Source: an uncultured bacterium (GTDB lineage Bacteria; Oederibacteriota; JAAXVQ01; JAUVAV01). From it: DNA of 64,000 bases. Positions within the stretch are counted from its first letter, which is position 1, and each line of letters starts with the position of its first letter. Below, piece after piece: positions 52,085-62,157 of this stretch. The position numbers were made by a program, and so were the translations under genes. Where the stretch lies: positions 448,001 through 512,000 of the forward strand of contig CAVQBK010000013.1 of NCBI GenBank assembly GCA_963710755.1. Reading direction: 5' to 3'. The notes below the pieces were generated by a model. That model was not told where the DNA came from. It ran no database searches and saw only the letters and a program-made list of their open reading frames with translations.

Positions 52085-52720
52085 TTATGGCCATAAGGTG
52101 GCGTAATTCGGTTCAGCCGGCAGGTCATGATTTTTGACCATGGCCTTGCCCTCTTCTCGGACCGCATTTTTAAAGCTACCATTTAATGCCCAGGTCAATT
52201 CGGTGTTATTAATAACAAGTTGGCTGCTCTCGGCATTCAGGTCCTGGTCGACGGCTTCCTGCTGCCAGGCGGCTTGATGGGTATTAAGATATTGCGAGGC
52301 CTGCTGGTGGGCGCCCAGCAAGGCTTTAAGCGCTGCAGGATATTTTTTCAAAAGGTTTTTTTTGCAAACCAGGGCCAAAAGCGTGTCTTCGTGATTTTCC
52401 ACCACCGCCGGCACGGCCACGCTGGCCAGAATGATAAATTGATTGGTTTGCTCGTGTTCTTCCAAAATCACCCGCACCGGCAGCACCGCTAAATCCACGG
52501 CTTCTACCAGCAACGCGGTTTTTAATTCCTCCGGTGCATTAAGTACCATTACATCCGTCCGGTATTGCTTAGGCAAATAATTGTTGTAAAACAGAGGTGC
52601 CATGGCCTCGGGCCGGTTGGGTGCTCCTATGCGGAAGTTGGTTTTGTGCTGCAAGGCCTGACAGGACAGCAACATCAGACTTAGACTAATCCCCAGTAAA
52701 AGAACAAGTGCTTTTTTCAT
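52085..52720 (-). CDS. Lipoprotein, truncated NMT1/SsuA-like binding protein
   Basis: Lipobox LLSC; FRIG...AL...VDLAVL and LV.....KKYP..LKALL.AH..A..YL segments. Confidence 0.6.
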   Translation of the reverse strand: MKKALVLLLGISLSLMLLSCQALQHKTNFRIGAPNRPEAMAPLFYNNYLPKQYRTDVMVLNAPEELKTALLVEAVDLAVLPVRVILEEHEQTNQFIILASVAVPAVVENHEDTLLALVCKKNLLKKYPAALKALLGAHQQASQYLNTHQAAWQQEAVDQDLNAESSQLVINNTELTWALNGSFKNAVREEGKAMVKNHDLPAEPNYATLWP

Positions 52721-52816
52721 AGTGCATCCTTTCGTGCCAGACAAGTTCAGGCTCACGGCCGGAATCTTTTTCCAGCTTGATTAAGTCGTCCTTGCGAAAT
52801 CCCCGCCTTTCAGATC

Positions 52817-52925
52817 CTGTGTCGTAACACGTATAATCCCTTCTCCCTGTCAGAGGGGAGAAGGTGCTCACCCTAACCCTCTGCCCACAAAAGCGGGAAG
52901 GGGGAATCTTGAGGTTGTGACACAG
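52817..52925. mobile_element. MITE/REP-like element
   Basis: Terminal inverted repeats CTGTGTCGTAAC / GTTGTGACACAG (10/12 match) enclosing a CCTTCTCCC..GGGAGAAGG hairpin and CTCACCCTAACCCTCT. Confidence 0.45.
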
Positions 52926-53012
52926 TCTCTCAATACGGGAATGAAGCGAACATAAAAATAATGATCTTGATCCTTGCCATTCAAAATACTCCGCCATTCC
53001 GTGTGGAGTAGT

Positions 53013-53315
53013 TTAATCTTCATAATCAACCGCAGTCCGTCCGGTGGTGATATTATCGATAAAGGTCACCACCTCTTGATGGGCCGGATGATCGCGATAA
53101 CAGTTGAGCGCAGCTTGGTCTTCAAATGAGGAATAAAGGGCGAGATCATAGCCGTCCTGGTTCTGAAGCAGATTAACCCCTACTTCAAAAGCTCGGATCA
53201 CGTTAATCCGGCCCGGCAGCTTTTCCAATTTGTTTTTTAGAGCTTGCAAATTTTCCGAACGGGTGGCGCCGGCAGCCTGGTCTTTGAGTTTAAAAAAAAC
53301 AATATGTTTAATCAT
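53013..53315 (-). CDS. Dabb family (stress-responsive A/B barrel) protein
   Basis: MIKHIVFFKLK, Y.DHPAH, AVDY. Confidence 0.92.
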   Translation of the reverse strand: MIKHIVFFKLKDQAAGATRSENLQALKNKLEKLPGRINVIRAFEVGVNLLQNQDGYDLALYSSFEDQAALNCYRDHPAHQEVVTFIDNITTGRTAVDYED

Positions 53316-53319
53316 GGCC

Positions 53320-53841
53320 TCATTCCCCTCGTTCCAGAATTTTCTTGAGCCGGTGTAAATCTTTTTCTATCTTATGCTGCGCCGAGCGTACTAAAAATGG
53401 TGCCAATACTTTGCCAACGTTGTTGAGGTAAACAATGTCCTGAACAAATTCCACCCTTGTGCCTCGGCCAGTGGGATAAAAAGTGTAGGTGCTCAGAGCT
53501 TCATACCCTTCTTTCACGGTAGTGGCCATCACCAGGGAGTCATTGGGTATGAGCTCTTCCACCTTATCATGGAGCTCTTCGTTTTCCTTACCCACCCTCA
53601 TCTCCCGTTCAATCGCCAAGCCCGGTACCAGCCGACCTTGACCTGGCTGGTTTTGTATCAAGCCGCTGACCCACAATTTTTGTTGTTCCGGGTTAACTAC
53701 GGCAGCGAACACCTCTTGCACTGGTCGATTGATTTCAATAATATAGGCAATGCCGTTATCCTGATAGGACAGTAATTGATAACTGACAACCGCTACCAGC
53801 AGCCCCACCAACAGGCTGCTCACGGTTATTAGTTTAACCAT
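53320..53841 (-). CDS. SRPBCC family protein with N-terminal anchor
   Basis: IEINRPVQEVF...W, GTRV, DL.RLK..LE. Confidence 0.82.
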   Translation of the reverse strand: MVKLITVSSLLVGLLVAVVSYQLLSYQDNGIAYIIEINRPVQEVFAAVVNPEQQKLWVSGLIQNQPGQGRLVPGLAIEREMRVGKENEELHDKVEELIPNDSLVMATTVKEGYEALSTYTFYPTGRGTRVEFVQDIVYLNNVGKVLAPFLVRSAQHKIEKDLHRLKKILERGE

Positions 53842-53996
53842 ATCAACCTCTTAGACCCGGGATTGGTTCCCAGGTTTGACTTTTAATCAAAAGATGCGTT
53901 TAATCATATCCTATCATCCTCAAGAAAACCTTAAATGTCAAACATTAGTAGGATCTGCAAGATATCCGGAGAAGGCGAAGATAGGAAACGTATTTA

Positions 53997-54731
53997 TTAT
54001 TTAGAGGTAGGCGCCGGTCCGGCAGTGGTGATGGGGTCGAGCACCACCTGCAACTGAGCCCGTAAGACGTTCTCATCACGAGGATCAAGATGGCGATAAT
54101 TCTTGTTGTAATATAACACCGCACCATCACTGGCATCCACCAAAGCCACAGCCAAGTAGGCATAGTGAGTGATGATGTTATTGTCCACTTCCAGGGCATC
54201 GGAAACACCGGCAATAGCGTCGGCTGCGGTAACCACTTTTTGTTCCCCCACGCCGTCACGTACCATGCCGCTTAAAAAGGTCATCAGCAACAGGGGCTGG
54301 TCCTTAGGCAATGGTTTAAGCAGGCTGCGGTCCAGGTGAAGTTGATCGAGCTCCACATTTTTGTGGGAACCATTGACATGAGCTTCCGAATCGTACAAGC
54401 CGCCGCGGTCAAGGATGGTATCGATACGGGCAAAGATGCCATAAACGGCCTCCTGGGCGGCATCGGATAGGCCTTCTTGCTCGCTCAATTGAAACGTTTT
54501 GCCCAAGCTGGTCATGATGGTCTTTTCCAGATAGAGTGAGGCGCTCTGGCTGTCCATGACCAGAGGAACAATAGACCGGCCCTGTATTTTTTCAATCGTC
54601 ACCATAGGTTCCATGATCCCAATGCTCTGCAGAGTAGCGGGATTATAGCCAGTTTGTTTAAGGGCCGGACTGGAACAACCACCACTGACCATTGCCCCTG
54701 CGAGCAGAAGATACACCCATGATTTTTTCAT
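53997..54731 (-). other. Hypothetical lipoprotein
   Basis: Lipobox SGGC; C-terminal ALVDASDGAVLY (CsgG/LpoB-like strand pattern). Confidence 0.7.
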
Positions 54732-54915
54732 TAGCCAACCCTCGTCTGTTATTTTTAGTACTGGTTCACTTTTCCCGCACTTTACACCAAAGCACGTTCC
54801 AGGATAGGTCTTTTATTTTATATCCAATTCAACGCTAGAACACAACGCCTAAATCTTCGGCCAATAGCCGGTCCTGCTTTATCGCCGGCTATTGCCTTGC
54901 CTGATGAAAAAAAAC

Positions 54916-54953
54916 TTGACAGGAGGTTTATATTTGGTTATTTTACCAAATAT
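54916..54953 (+). promoter_or_regulatory. arsR promoter with overlapping operator
   Basis: TTGACA-N17-TATTTT; perfect inverted repeat ATATTTGGT-N6-ACCAAATAT over the -10. Confidence 0.7.
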
Positions 54954-54973
54954 GCCATTAACGAGGTGATCTT

Positions 54974-55294
54974 ATGAACACTCAAGATAAGGAGCGCTAC
55001 CAAGCCAAGGCTGCAGTTCTCAAAGCCCTGGCCCATCCCACCCGGCTGTGGATGGCCGACCAGCTGGCCCAGGGCGAACGCTGTGTCTGCCAATTTGCCG
55101 AGGCAATTCAGGCGGATTTTTCCACGGTCTCCAAACATTTAAATGTGCTCAAACAAGCCGGGATTGTAGAGGATGACAAGCGTGGCAAGCAGGTTTTTTA
55201 CCGCTTAAAAGTACCTTGCGTGCTTCAGTTTATGAATTGCGTGGAAGCTGTGCTTAAAGTGCAGGCCAAGGCCCATTCAGCCTTGGTTAAGTAA
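54974..55294 (+). CDS. ArsR/SmtB family repressor
   Basis: KALAHPTRL, ERCVC, STVSKHL.VLK.AG. Confidence 0.94.
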   Translation: MNTQDKERYQAKAAVLKALAHPTRLWMADQLAQGERCVCQFAEAIQADFSTVSKHLNVLKQAGIVEDDKRGKQVFYRLKVPCVLQFMNCVEAVLKVQAKAHSALVK

Positions 55295-55347
55295 TTTTTT
55301 TATGGCATTGCTTGGTTAGTTGGCCAAATGTCCATAGGAGGAAAATC

Positions 55348-56646
55348 ATGTTTTGGAAGAAAGAATGGAAACCACTGCTCATAACGGTGGGATTGTTTTT
55401 ACTATTTTTTTACCTGCCCGTAGGCTGGCCACGGTTCGATCGGGCCATTATGGAAGGCCTGCAGCTGGCCAAATGGTATGCACAGGAACATGTGCTGCTA
55501 TGTCTGATCCCGGCTTTTTTTATTGCCGGTGCGATTGCGGTTTTTATCAGCCAGGCTTCAGTCATGAAATACCTGGGTGCAAAAGCTAACAAGGTCCTGG
55601 CCTACGGCGTGGCTTCTGTATCGGGAAGCATTCTGGCGGTTTGTTCCTGCACTGTGCTTCCGCTATTTGCCGGCATCTACCGTATGGGAGCAGGGCTGGG
55701 CCCGGCTTCCGCTTTTTTATATTCCGGTCCGGCTATTAATGTATTGGCCATCGTGCTCACGGCCAGCGTGCTGGGCCCTGAGCTGGGTCTGGCCCGGGCT
55801 GTTGGGGCCATTGCCTTTAGCATCATCATCGGCCTGCTCATGCACCTGTTCTTCCGCAAAGAAGAAGCCGCCAAGGCAGCCGCCCAAATGGCCATGCCCC
55901 AGGCCGAGGTCAAGCGGCCGCTCTGGCAGAACGGCCTTTATTTTGGGGCCATGGTCGGCATTCTGGTGTTTGCTAATTGGGGACAACCTTCTGGATCTAC
56001 CGGGTTGTGGGCTGCGCTTTATCAAGCCAAATGGGTGCTAACCTCGGGGCTGTCACTGGCCCTGGGCCTGATGTTGATCAAGTGGTTTGCTTTAAAATGG
56101 TGGAAAGTGGCCTTGACAGCCCTGGCCGTGATTCTTCTAGTCATCATGCTCCCCGGTCATCCCTTGGTTGCTTTTACGGCCGGGGTCATCGGCTTGTCGC
56201 TGTTTACCAGTACGGACCACGGTGAGCCAGCCGACTGGTTTTCCTCTTCCTGGGGGTTCGTCAAACAGATCATGCCTTTGTTGCTCATTGGTGTCCTCAT
56301 TGCCGGGGCTTTGTTGGGCCGGCCCGGGCATGAAGGCCTGATCCCTTCGACTTGGGTGGCGCGCGCTGTGGGCGGCAATTCGCTGTTATCCAATTTCGTG
56401 GCTTCTTTTGCCGGCGCGTTTATGTATTTTGCCACCCTGACGGAGGTGCCCATCCTGCAGGGCTTGATCGGCAATGGCATGGGCAAAGGACCGGCTTTGG
56501 CCCTGCTCCTGGCAGGCCCGGCACTGAGTCTGCCCAACATGCTGGTGATCAGGAGCATCATGGGCACTAAAAAAACCGTGGTCTTTGTAAGCTTGGTGAT
56601 CATCATGGCCACAGTGACCGGCATGATCTACGGTAAATTTTTCTAA
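55348..56646 (+). CDS. ArsP/DUF318 family permease
   Basis: AVCSCTVLPLF, FLYSGPAIN, MYFATLTEVP, LLAGPALSLP; ATG 55348 after AGGAGG. Confidence 0.9.
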   Translation: MFWKKEWKPLLITVGLFLLFFYLPVGWPRFDRAIMEGLQLAKWYAQEHVLLCLIPAFFIAGAIAVFISQASVMKYLGAKANKVLAYGVASVSGSILAVCSCTVLPLFAGIYRMGAGLGPASAFLYSGPAINVLAIVLTASVLGPELGLARAVGAIAFSIIIGLLMHLFFRKEEAAKAAAQMAMPQAEVKRPLWQNGLYFGAMVGILVFANWGQPSGSTGLWAALYQAKWVLTSGLSLALGLMLIKWFALKWWKVALTALAVILLVIMLPGHPLVAFTAGVIGLSLFTSTDHGEPADWFSSSWGFVKQIMPLLLIGVLIAGALLGRPGHEGLIPSTWVARAVGGNSLLSNFVASFAGAFMYFATLTEVPILQGLIGNGMGKGPALALLLAGPALSLPNMLVIRSIMGTKKTVVFVSLVIIMATVTGMIYGKFF

Positions 56647-56668
56647 CCTATTTTAGAGGAGGACCAAC

Positions 56669-56899
56669 ATGAAAATTCAAATTCTGGGCACGGGATGCCC
56701 CAAATGTAAAAAACTGGCGGAAGTGGCTGAAACAGCGGCCCAAGCTTTGGGCCTTGATTTTGAGCTGGAGAAAGTCACGGACATTAATCAGATCACAGCT
56801 TTCGGCGTGATGATGACCCCGGCGTTGGCCATTGACGGCCAGGTTAAACTGGTCGGTCAAGTCCCTTCTGTAGATGAAATGAAAAACCTCTTGCAATAA
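56669..56899 (+). CDS. Small redox-active disulfide protein (thioredoxin_3/MTH895-like)
   Basis: ILGTGCPKC, GVMMTPALAIDG. Confidence 0.93.
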   Translation: MKIQILGTGCPKCKKLAEVAETAAQALGLDFELEKVTDINQITAFGVMMTPALAIDGQVKLVGQVPSVDEMKNLLQ

Positions 56900-56919
56900 T
56901 AATCTGGGCTGAGACAACC

Positions 56920-56950
56920 CCTGCAGGGCGAAAAACATTCGCCCTGCAGG
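56920..56950. terminator. Hairpin between convergent genes (REP-like)
   Basis: CCTGCAGGGCGAA-N5-TTCGCCCTGCAGG, perfect 13-bp stem. Confidence 0.6.
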
Positions 56951-56993
56951 CCATTCACCTTCACGACTCAAACTGCCCAAACCAGAGGCAGGC

Positions 56994-57953
56994 TTACCAA
57001 CGACCGGTTGCCAGCATGCCTGTATAAACACAATAGCCGGCGAGCAGCAACGCGCCTTCCCAGCGGTTGATGCGTCCTGGCTTCTTCACCCCATAACCAA
57101 TAATAAACAGCGCTATGGTTAGGCCGACCATAACCAGCATATCCCGCGACAACAGTTTGGGATCCACCGTTAGAGGACGAATGACCCCGGCCAAACCAAC
57201 AACAGCCAAGGTGTTAAACAAATTGGAACCGAGCACATTACCCAGAACCAGATCGTGTTCTCCTTTTCTGGCCGCCACCAGTGCCGAGGCCAGCTCCGGT
57301 AAAGAAGTACCTAGGGCCACGATGGTCAGTCCGATGATAAGATCACTGATGCCCAGCGCATGAGCCATGCGCAGCGCACCCCAGACCAGCACCCGCGAAC
57401 TTATCACCAATAAAATCAAGCCTATAATCACCTGCCCCAAGACGCTGCCCAAAGAAGACGCCTGCGTGGTTGAAGTCATTTCTCCGGCCAAGCGGTCATT
57501 TTGCTGATGCATCCCTTGCCAAATCATCCAGGTCATCACTACCGCGAAGATCAGCAATAACAGCACCCCGTCAAACCGGCTTAGCCTGCCGTCCCAGAGC
57601 AGCCACACCGCCACTAAGGTCACGGCCAGCAGCAGAGGCAATTCCCGGCGCAGCACCCGGGAGCGCACCGTCAAAGGACGGATCAAAGCTGTGAGTCCCA
57701 GTATCAGGGTAATGTTGGTAATGTTCGAACCATAGGCATTGCCCAGGGCAATACCCCCACTGCCCTGGCTGGCGGCTATGACGGAGACCATTAATTCCGG
57801 TGCCGACGTGCCAAAGCCTACAATCACCATGCCGATCAACAGCGGTGATACGCCCCAATAGCGGGCCAGACCAGAAGCGCCTTCCACAAAACGGTCCGCG
57901 CTCCACACCAAAAGTACCAATCCGATCCCAAATGCCAGTATGCCCCACACCAT
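56994..57953 (-). CDS. Calcium/sodium (YrbG-type) antiporter
   Basis: GTSAPEL..GNAYGSN and GTSLPEL..GNVLGSN alpha repeats. Confidence 0.94.
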   Translation of the reverse strand: MVWGILAFGIGLVLLVWSADRFVEGASGLARYWGVSPLLIGMVIVGFGTSAPELMVSVIAASQGSGGIALGNAYGSNITNITLILGLTALIRPLTVRSRVLRRELPLLLAVTLVAVWLLWDGRLSRFDGVLLLLIFAVVMTWMIWQGMHQQNDRLAGEMTSTTQASSLGSVLGQVIIGLILLVISSRVLVWGALRMAHALGISDLIIGLTIVALGTSLPELASALVAARKGEHDLVLGNVLGSNLFNTLAVVGLAGVIRPLTVDPKLLSRDMLVMVGLTIALFIIGYGVKKPGRINRWEGALLLAGYCVYTGMLATGRW

Positions 57954-58311
57954 GGTTTGGCCTCACTTCTTCGAAATATTCTTAACCCCTTTGCTTTTTA
58001 TCGGACCCCCACTGCCAAAACAAGGCTTAAATGCACTGCGACACCCGTATTATCCGCCGCACCACGCCAGCTTGTCATTCCACATTTTCCTAATCCCAAC
58101 ATTTATGCAATCTCCAGCTTGGCCTTTTGGTGACAATCCTGGATTCTCACCAAGAAGCCTTAATTCATTGATACCTCTAAACATATTGCCCAAAATGACG
58201 ACACTAGGGGAGTTGATACCACACTAACCACAACAAGGAGGTGACCTTTTTAACGCATTCTATAGGTATTATTGAGGGAATAAGATCTAAAAAAAATATG
58301 GAGGGAATGTA

Positions 58312-58845
58312 ATGATCAAACGCTTTCATTTAACACCGTTGCTTGTAGCAGTTATCCTGACTTTTGCTTTAGTATCTGTGAGCGCCGCCAGAAGCGCGCT
58401 GACCCTCAATCTGGGGCAATTGGCTTTTGGCACATATACATTACAATATGAAACGTCTTTGTCCCCCAACAATTCCTTGGCCATCCAAGGTGAATTTGCC
58501 AGCCTGACCGTTGGCGACTGGACGCTGAGCAATTTTGGCGGCGGCATTGGCTATCGTATTTATCCGGGCAGCAAAGCCAAAGCACCGGAAGGCCTGTGGT
58601 TTGGCCCCCTGGTTAAAGTGGATAATGTGAGCGCCACCTACCAGGACGAGGGCGCCTCGTCCATATATTTTACCGCTGGCGGCGAATTTGGCTACAACTG
58701 GCTTGTAGGTGAAGAAACCGCCTTTGCCATTGGCTTGGCCCTGGGGCTTTACTACACTGCCGGCAATATCAGTGTTGCTGGTGAGAATCTCTCCTACGGG
58801 GGCATTCTACCCGGCCTGGGCATCAACATTGGTATTGGTTTCTAA
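58312..58845 (+). CDS. DUF3575-like outer-membrane beta-barrel protein
   Basis: Signal peptide, L.YE...NSL, GYRIYP...APEGLWFGP, C-terminal GIGF. Confidence 0.7.
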   Translation: MIKRFHLTPLLVAVILTFALVSVSAARSALTLNLGQLAFGTYTLQYETSLSPNNSLAIQGEFASLTVGDWTLSNFGGGIGYRIYPGSKAKAPEGLWFGPLVKVDNVSATYQDEGASSIYFTAGGEFGYNWLVGEETAFAIGLALGLYYTAGNISVAGENLSYGGILPGLGINIGIGF

Positions 58846-58862
58846 TTTAATAAAAAACCATT

Positions 58863-58897
58863 AAACGCTAGGGGCCAGGAGTTGGCCCCTAGCGTTT
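58863..58897. terminator. Bidirectional intrinsic terminator
   Basis: AAACGCTAGGGGCCA-N5-TGGCCCCTAGCGTTT between convergent genes. Confidence 0.8.
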
Positions 58898-59047
58898 TCT
58901 TTTCAGTTCATCTCTTATTTCAGTAAGTAATTCCACGATTCGGTTCTGTTTCAAATACCAGCACCACAGTTCACGGGTGATTAAAATAAAAACAAAAATA
59001 ACAGCTAATGTAATGGCTGTGGAAATAAAAAACCTGAAAAAATCCAT
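58889..59047 (-). CDS. 52-aa small membrane protein (absent from ORF track)
   Basis: GGGGAG RBS; MDFFRFFISTAITLAVIFVFILITRELWCWYLKQNRIVELLTEIRDELKRKR. Confidence 0.7.
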   Translation of the reverse strand: MDFFRFFISTAITLAVIFVFILITRELWCWYLKQNRIVELLTEIRDELKRKR

Positions 59048-59133
59048 TAATTTCTCCCCCTAGGATTGATTGACTGCTGTTACCCAAAGCTCAGTTTAAG
59101 CGACTTCCCTTTTCAACTCAAGTCCAGCCTTGT

Positions 59134-60162
59134 TTATTTTGCAAACAAACCTACAAATTGCCCATAACCCTCCTTGGCCAGATCCTTTTCAGGGACAAAC
59201 TTCAAAGCCGCTGAATCAATACAATAGCGCAAACCCGTGGGTGCCGGCCCGTCATGAAAGACTTCCCCCAGATAGGAATCCGCCTTGCTGCTGCGCACCA
59301 CGGTCCGTTCCCCGAAAAGGGTATGTTTGGTAAACTTCACCACATGCCCGGGCAACGCGCTGGTAAAGCTGGGCCAGCCGCTGCCTGATTCATATTTAGC
59401 AGTAGAGCTGAACAAAGGCTCTCCGGACACCACATCTACATAAAGCCCGGGCTGTTTATTATTCCAGTAGGCATTGTGAAAAGCCGGTTCCGTAGCCCCT
59501 TCCTGGGTGACCTTGTACTGCAAAGGCGTCAGGCGCTCGCGCAAGAGGCTTTGATCCAAAGCCTTATCCCGATCAGGTCCCCATACTTTATTCAGAAACT
59601 GGTCCCGTCCCGAACGGAAACGGTAAAATTCATATTTAAGGGGATGTTTTTTGTAATAGTCCTGATGGTAAGTTTCAGCTGGGTAAAACGTGGTGGCTTT
59701 AATAAGCTCCGTAACGATAGGTTTGTTAAATCGTCCTGAGTTGGCCAAAGCTGTTCGGGAAGCCTCCGCCTCGGCTTTTTGCTGCTCATTGAGATAAAAA
59801 ATAGCCGACCGGTATTGCGGCCCCCGGTCCACAAACTGCCCCCCTGAATCAGTAGGATTAATCTGGCGCCAAAATATATCAAGCAGACGCTGATAGTTGA
59901 TCACGTAGGGATTGTAGGTCACTTCCACGGCTTCCACATAGCCGCCCTGGGCATAAGTCTGGTAGGTCGGATTGGGCGCGGTGCCGCCAATGTAGCCCGA
60001 TACCACGGAGAGCACGCCTTCGGCTTTTTCAAAAGGCGGGGTCATGCACCAGAAACAGCCGCCGGCGAAGATGGCTTTTTCCGTGGTGACCGCCCCCAGG
60101 CTCAGAGGGCCCAGCAGAGCCAGCAGCATCATCAATAACAACTGCAGCGCTTTTCTGTTCAT
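59134..60162 (-). CDS. msrAB: Exported bifunctional methionine sulfoxide reductase MsrA-MsrB
   Basis: Signal peptide from ATG 60162; [35 protein letters not shown]. Confidence 0.92.
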   Translation of the reverse strand: MNRKALQLLLMMLLALLGPLSLGAVTTEKAIFAGGCFWCMTPPFEKAEGVLSVVSGYIGGTAPNPTYQTYAQGGYVEAVEVTYNPYVINYQRLLDIFWRQINPTDSGGQFVDRGPQYRSAIFYLNEQQKAEAEASRTALANSGRFNKPIVTELIKATTFYPAETYHQDYYKKHPLKYEFYRFRSGRDQFLNKVWGPDRDKALDQSLLRERLTPLQYKVTQEGATEPAFHNAYWNNKQPGLYVDVVSGEPLFSSTAKYESGSGWPSFTSALPGHVVKFTKHTLFGERTVVRSSKADSYLGEVFHDGPAPTGLRYCIDSAALKFVPEKDLAKEGYGQFVGLFAK

Positions 60163-60226
60163 GGTCTTGCCTCCCTCATTAATGTTTTTAATTGTTCGCC
60201 GGAGGAAGAACAGCCTTACAGACAAA

Positions 60227-60463
60227 TTAGGGGGTGCTTTGATTTTTACGAAAAGGTTCCAGCAGCTGCTCCAGACCGTTGACTTTGATTTCATAAGCCA
60301 GACCCAGCATGCGCCCCAGTTCCCCTTGGGGAAATCCTTTTTGATGGAACCAGACCACATAGGGTTCGGGCAGATCCATAAGCCGTTGGCCGGCATATTT
60401 GCCAAAAGGCATTCTGGTTTCAACAAATTTAAGCAAAACCTCTTTGTCAGGTAAAACGTCCAT
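60227..60463 (-). CDS. DUF3820 (YpeB-like) protein
   Basis: MPFGKY.G..L.DLPEPY..WF, EIKVNGL. Confidence 0.9.
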   Translation of the reverse strand: MDVLPDKEVLLKFVETRMPFGKYAGQRLMDLPEPYVVWFHQKGFPQGELGRMLGLAYEIKVNGLEQLLEPFRKNQSTP

Positions 60464-60528
60464 TTAGCAGTGTGTCCTTCCTTTATTATAGTTCCGCGTT
60501 GGTGCACCTGCCGGCCGGCCGGTGCACC

Positions 60529-61374
60529 TCAGACCTGTAAATGGCTGCGCAGCGCTTTGTCCACCAGGTCACCGGTCAGAAAAGCCGGTAATCCCAGGTG
60601 GGCCAAAGTTTGGGAGCAAAACTCAAGCGGCTTGGTTTCCTCGCCTTGATAATGGCATTTCACAGCAACATCGATTTTCTCCAGGTAGGCCTGACCTTCA
60701 TCGAGCAAGCGCACCCTGGCCGCACGTTCACGCAGCGGCGCTGTCCACGAGGACAGTAGGATGTCATAAGCTTGGTTGCTGCGGATCTTGTCTAAAGACG
60801 CCAGGAGTGCTTGAGCATGATCATAATTGGGAAGGTCATTTTGTAGAGGTATGGCATCGCCTGTAAACAGCACGCGGTCCTCCTCAAAAAGGATGGCGAT
60901 CGACCCTCGCGAATGGCCGGGGGTATGCATGATGGCCAGGGTGGTATGCTGGTCTACCTGCAACTTTTGCCGATCGCTTAGCACCCCGTCGAGGGCAACG
61001 CCTTGGCTCACCAGGGTATAAAACCCGGGCACAGGCCGCGCCTGCATTTGGTGCTCAATATGCTCGATCCAATCCCGTTCTTCGCTATGGGCCAGCACAC
61101 GGCAGCCGGTTTTTGCTTTGATGGCCGCGGCCGCGCCAATATGATCCGGGTGGGCATGAGATAAAATGAGTGTGGCAATCTCTTCCGGACGGCGCTGGTG
61201 GACCCGAAGATAGTCAAAAATGATTTTTTCCGAGCCCTTGACGCCCGAGTCAATGAGGGTGATTTTTTCACCCAGGACCAAGATCACATTGACCAAACGG
61301 GATATGGTTTTTTGTGGGTTGATAGGGATCTCAAAGTCAATTTTCAGCACATGAATAGCACCGGTCAGATGCAT
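60529..61374 (-). CDS. MBL-fold metallo-hydrolase
   Basis: SHAHPDHIG, TPGHS.GS, FTGDA; ATG 61374 after AAGGAGG. Confidence 0.92.
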   Translation of the reverse strand: MHLTGAIHVLKIDFEIPINPQKTISRLVNVILVLGEKITLIDSGVKGSEKIIFDYLRVHQRRPEEIATLILSHAHPDHIGAAAAIKAKTGCRVLAHSEERDWIEHIEHQMQARPVPGFYTLVSQGVALDGVLSDRQKLQVDQHTTLAIMHTPGHSRGSIAILFEEDRVLFTGDAIPLQNDLPNYDHAQALLASLDKIRSNQAYDILLSSWTAPLRERAARVRLLDEGQAYLEKIDVAVKCHYQGEETKPLEFCSQTLAHLGLPAFLTGDLVDKALRSHLQV

Positions 61375-61589
61375 GGCCCACCTCCTTGAGTTGAATGGCA
61401 GCAAACCGAAGTTGCCTTGCAGCGTAACATAAAACACCATCTTGGCTCATCCTATTTTTATACTGGCGCAAAATAGATTCACCAATTCGTTGTGTCCTCA
61501 TTTCAGATCTGGAGTGAGAACCAAGCCGAGGTCCCAATCCGGGGTCGATTGGGTGCAAGATGTAAAATGAGTCGAAAGGAGATAAGACC

Positions 61590-62009
61590 ATGAGATTCAT
61601 GATGCTGATGATCCCCAAAGGTTATGAGAAAGCCAAACCCGGGACCATGCCCGATCCCAAAGCAGTAGAGGCCATGATGGCCTACAATGAGTCCCTTAAA
61701 AAAGCAGGCGTGCTCATCGCCCTGGACGGCCTCCATCCCCTTTCCATGGGCGCGCGGGTCACTTTTCATGGAGGCAAGGCCAGTGTTAATGAAGGCCCTT
61801 TTAAGGATATCTCTGAAATCGTGGGCGGGTATTGGATAATCGAGGTTAAATCCAAACAGGAAGCAATCGAGTTGGCTTCCCGCTGCCCGGCCGGAGACAA
61901 TGAAACCATTGAAATACGGCAAGTGCAGGAGATGGAGGATTTTCCGGAGGATGTTAAAAAAGTAGCCGCCCAATATCCGGACTTGCAGCCCCAAGGCGCA
62001 AAGGGTTAA
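61590..62009 (+). CDS. YciI/DGPF-domain protein
   Basis: AGVL...GL.P, EGPF..ISE.VGGYW, IEIRQV. Confidence 0.9.
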   Translation: MRFMMLMIPKGYEKAKPGTMPDPKAVEAMMAYNESLKKAGVLIALDGLHPLSMGARVTFHGGKASVNEGPFKDISEIVGGYWIIEVKSKQEAIELASRCPAGDNETIEIRQVQEMEDFPEDVKKVAAQYPDLQPQGAKG

Positions 62010-62157
62010 GCTCATTGGCCTCCATGCTTATGAGCGGAGGCCGTGTGGTACCATCACCCGTAATCATCCTCAACGATGAAAAGTGTGAAGGTGCTTGCGC
62101 AGAAGACACAGATATGATGAATAACCCTGGCTTGGAGTAAAGGTCATTCTGTTTAGC

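Noticed and set aside
57954-58311. yybP-ykoY riboswitch near the cation antiporter
   Set aside because: The AGGGGAGT match is on the wrong strand for the antiporter and the rest of the consensus is lacking.
60163-60507. N-terminal extension of msrAB given by the ORF track
   Set aside because: Overlaps the DUF3820 gene; the RBS and signal peptide point to ATG 60162.
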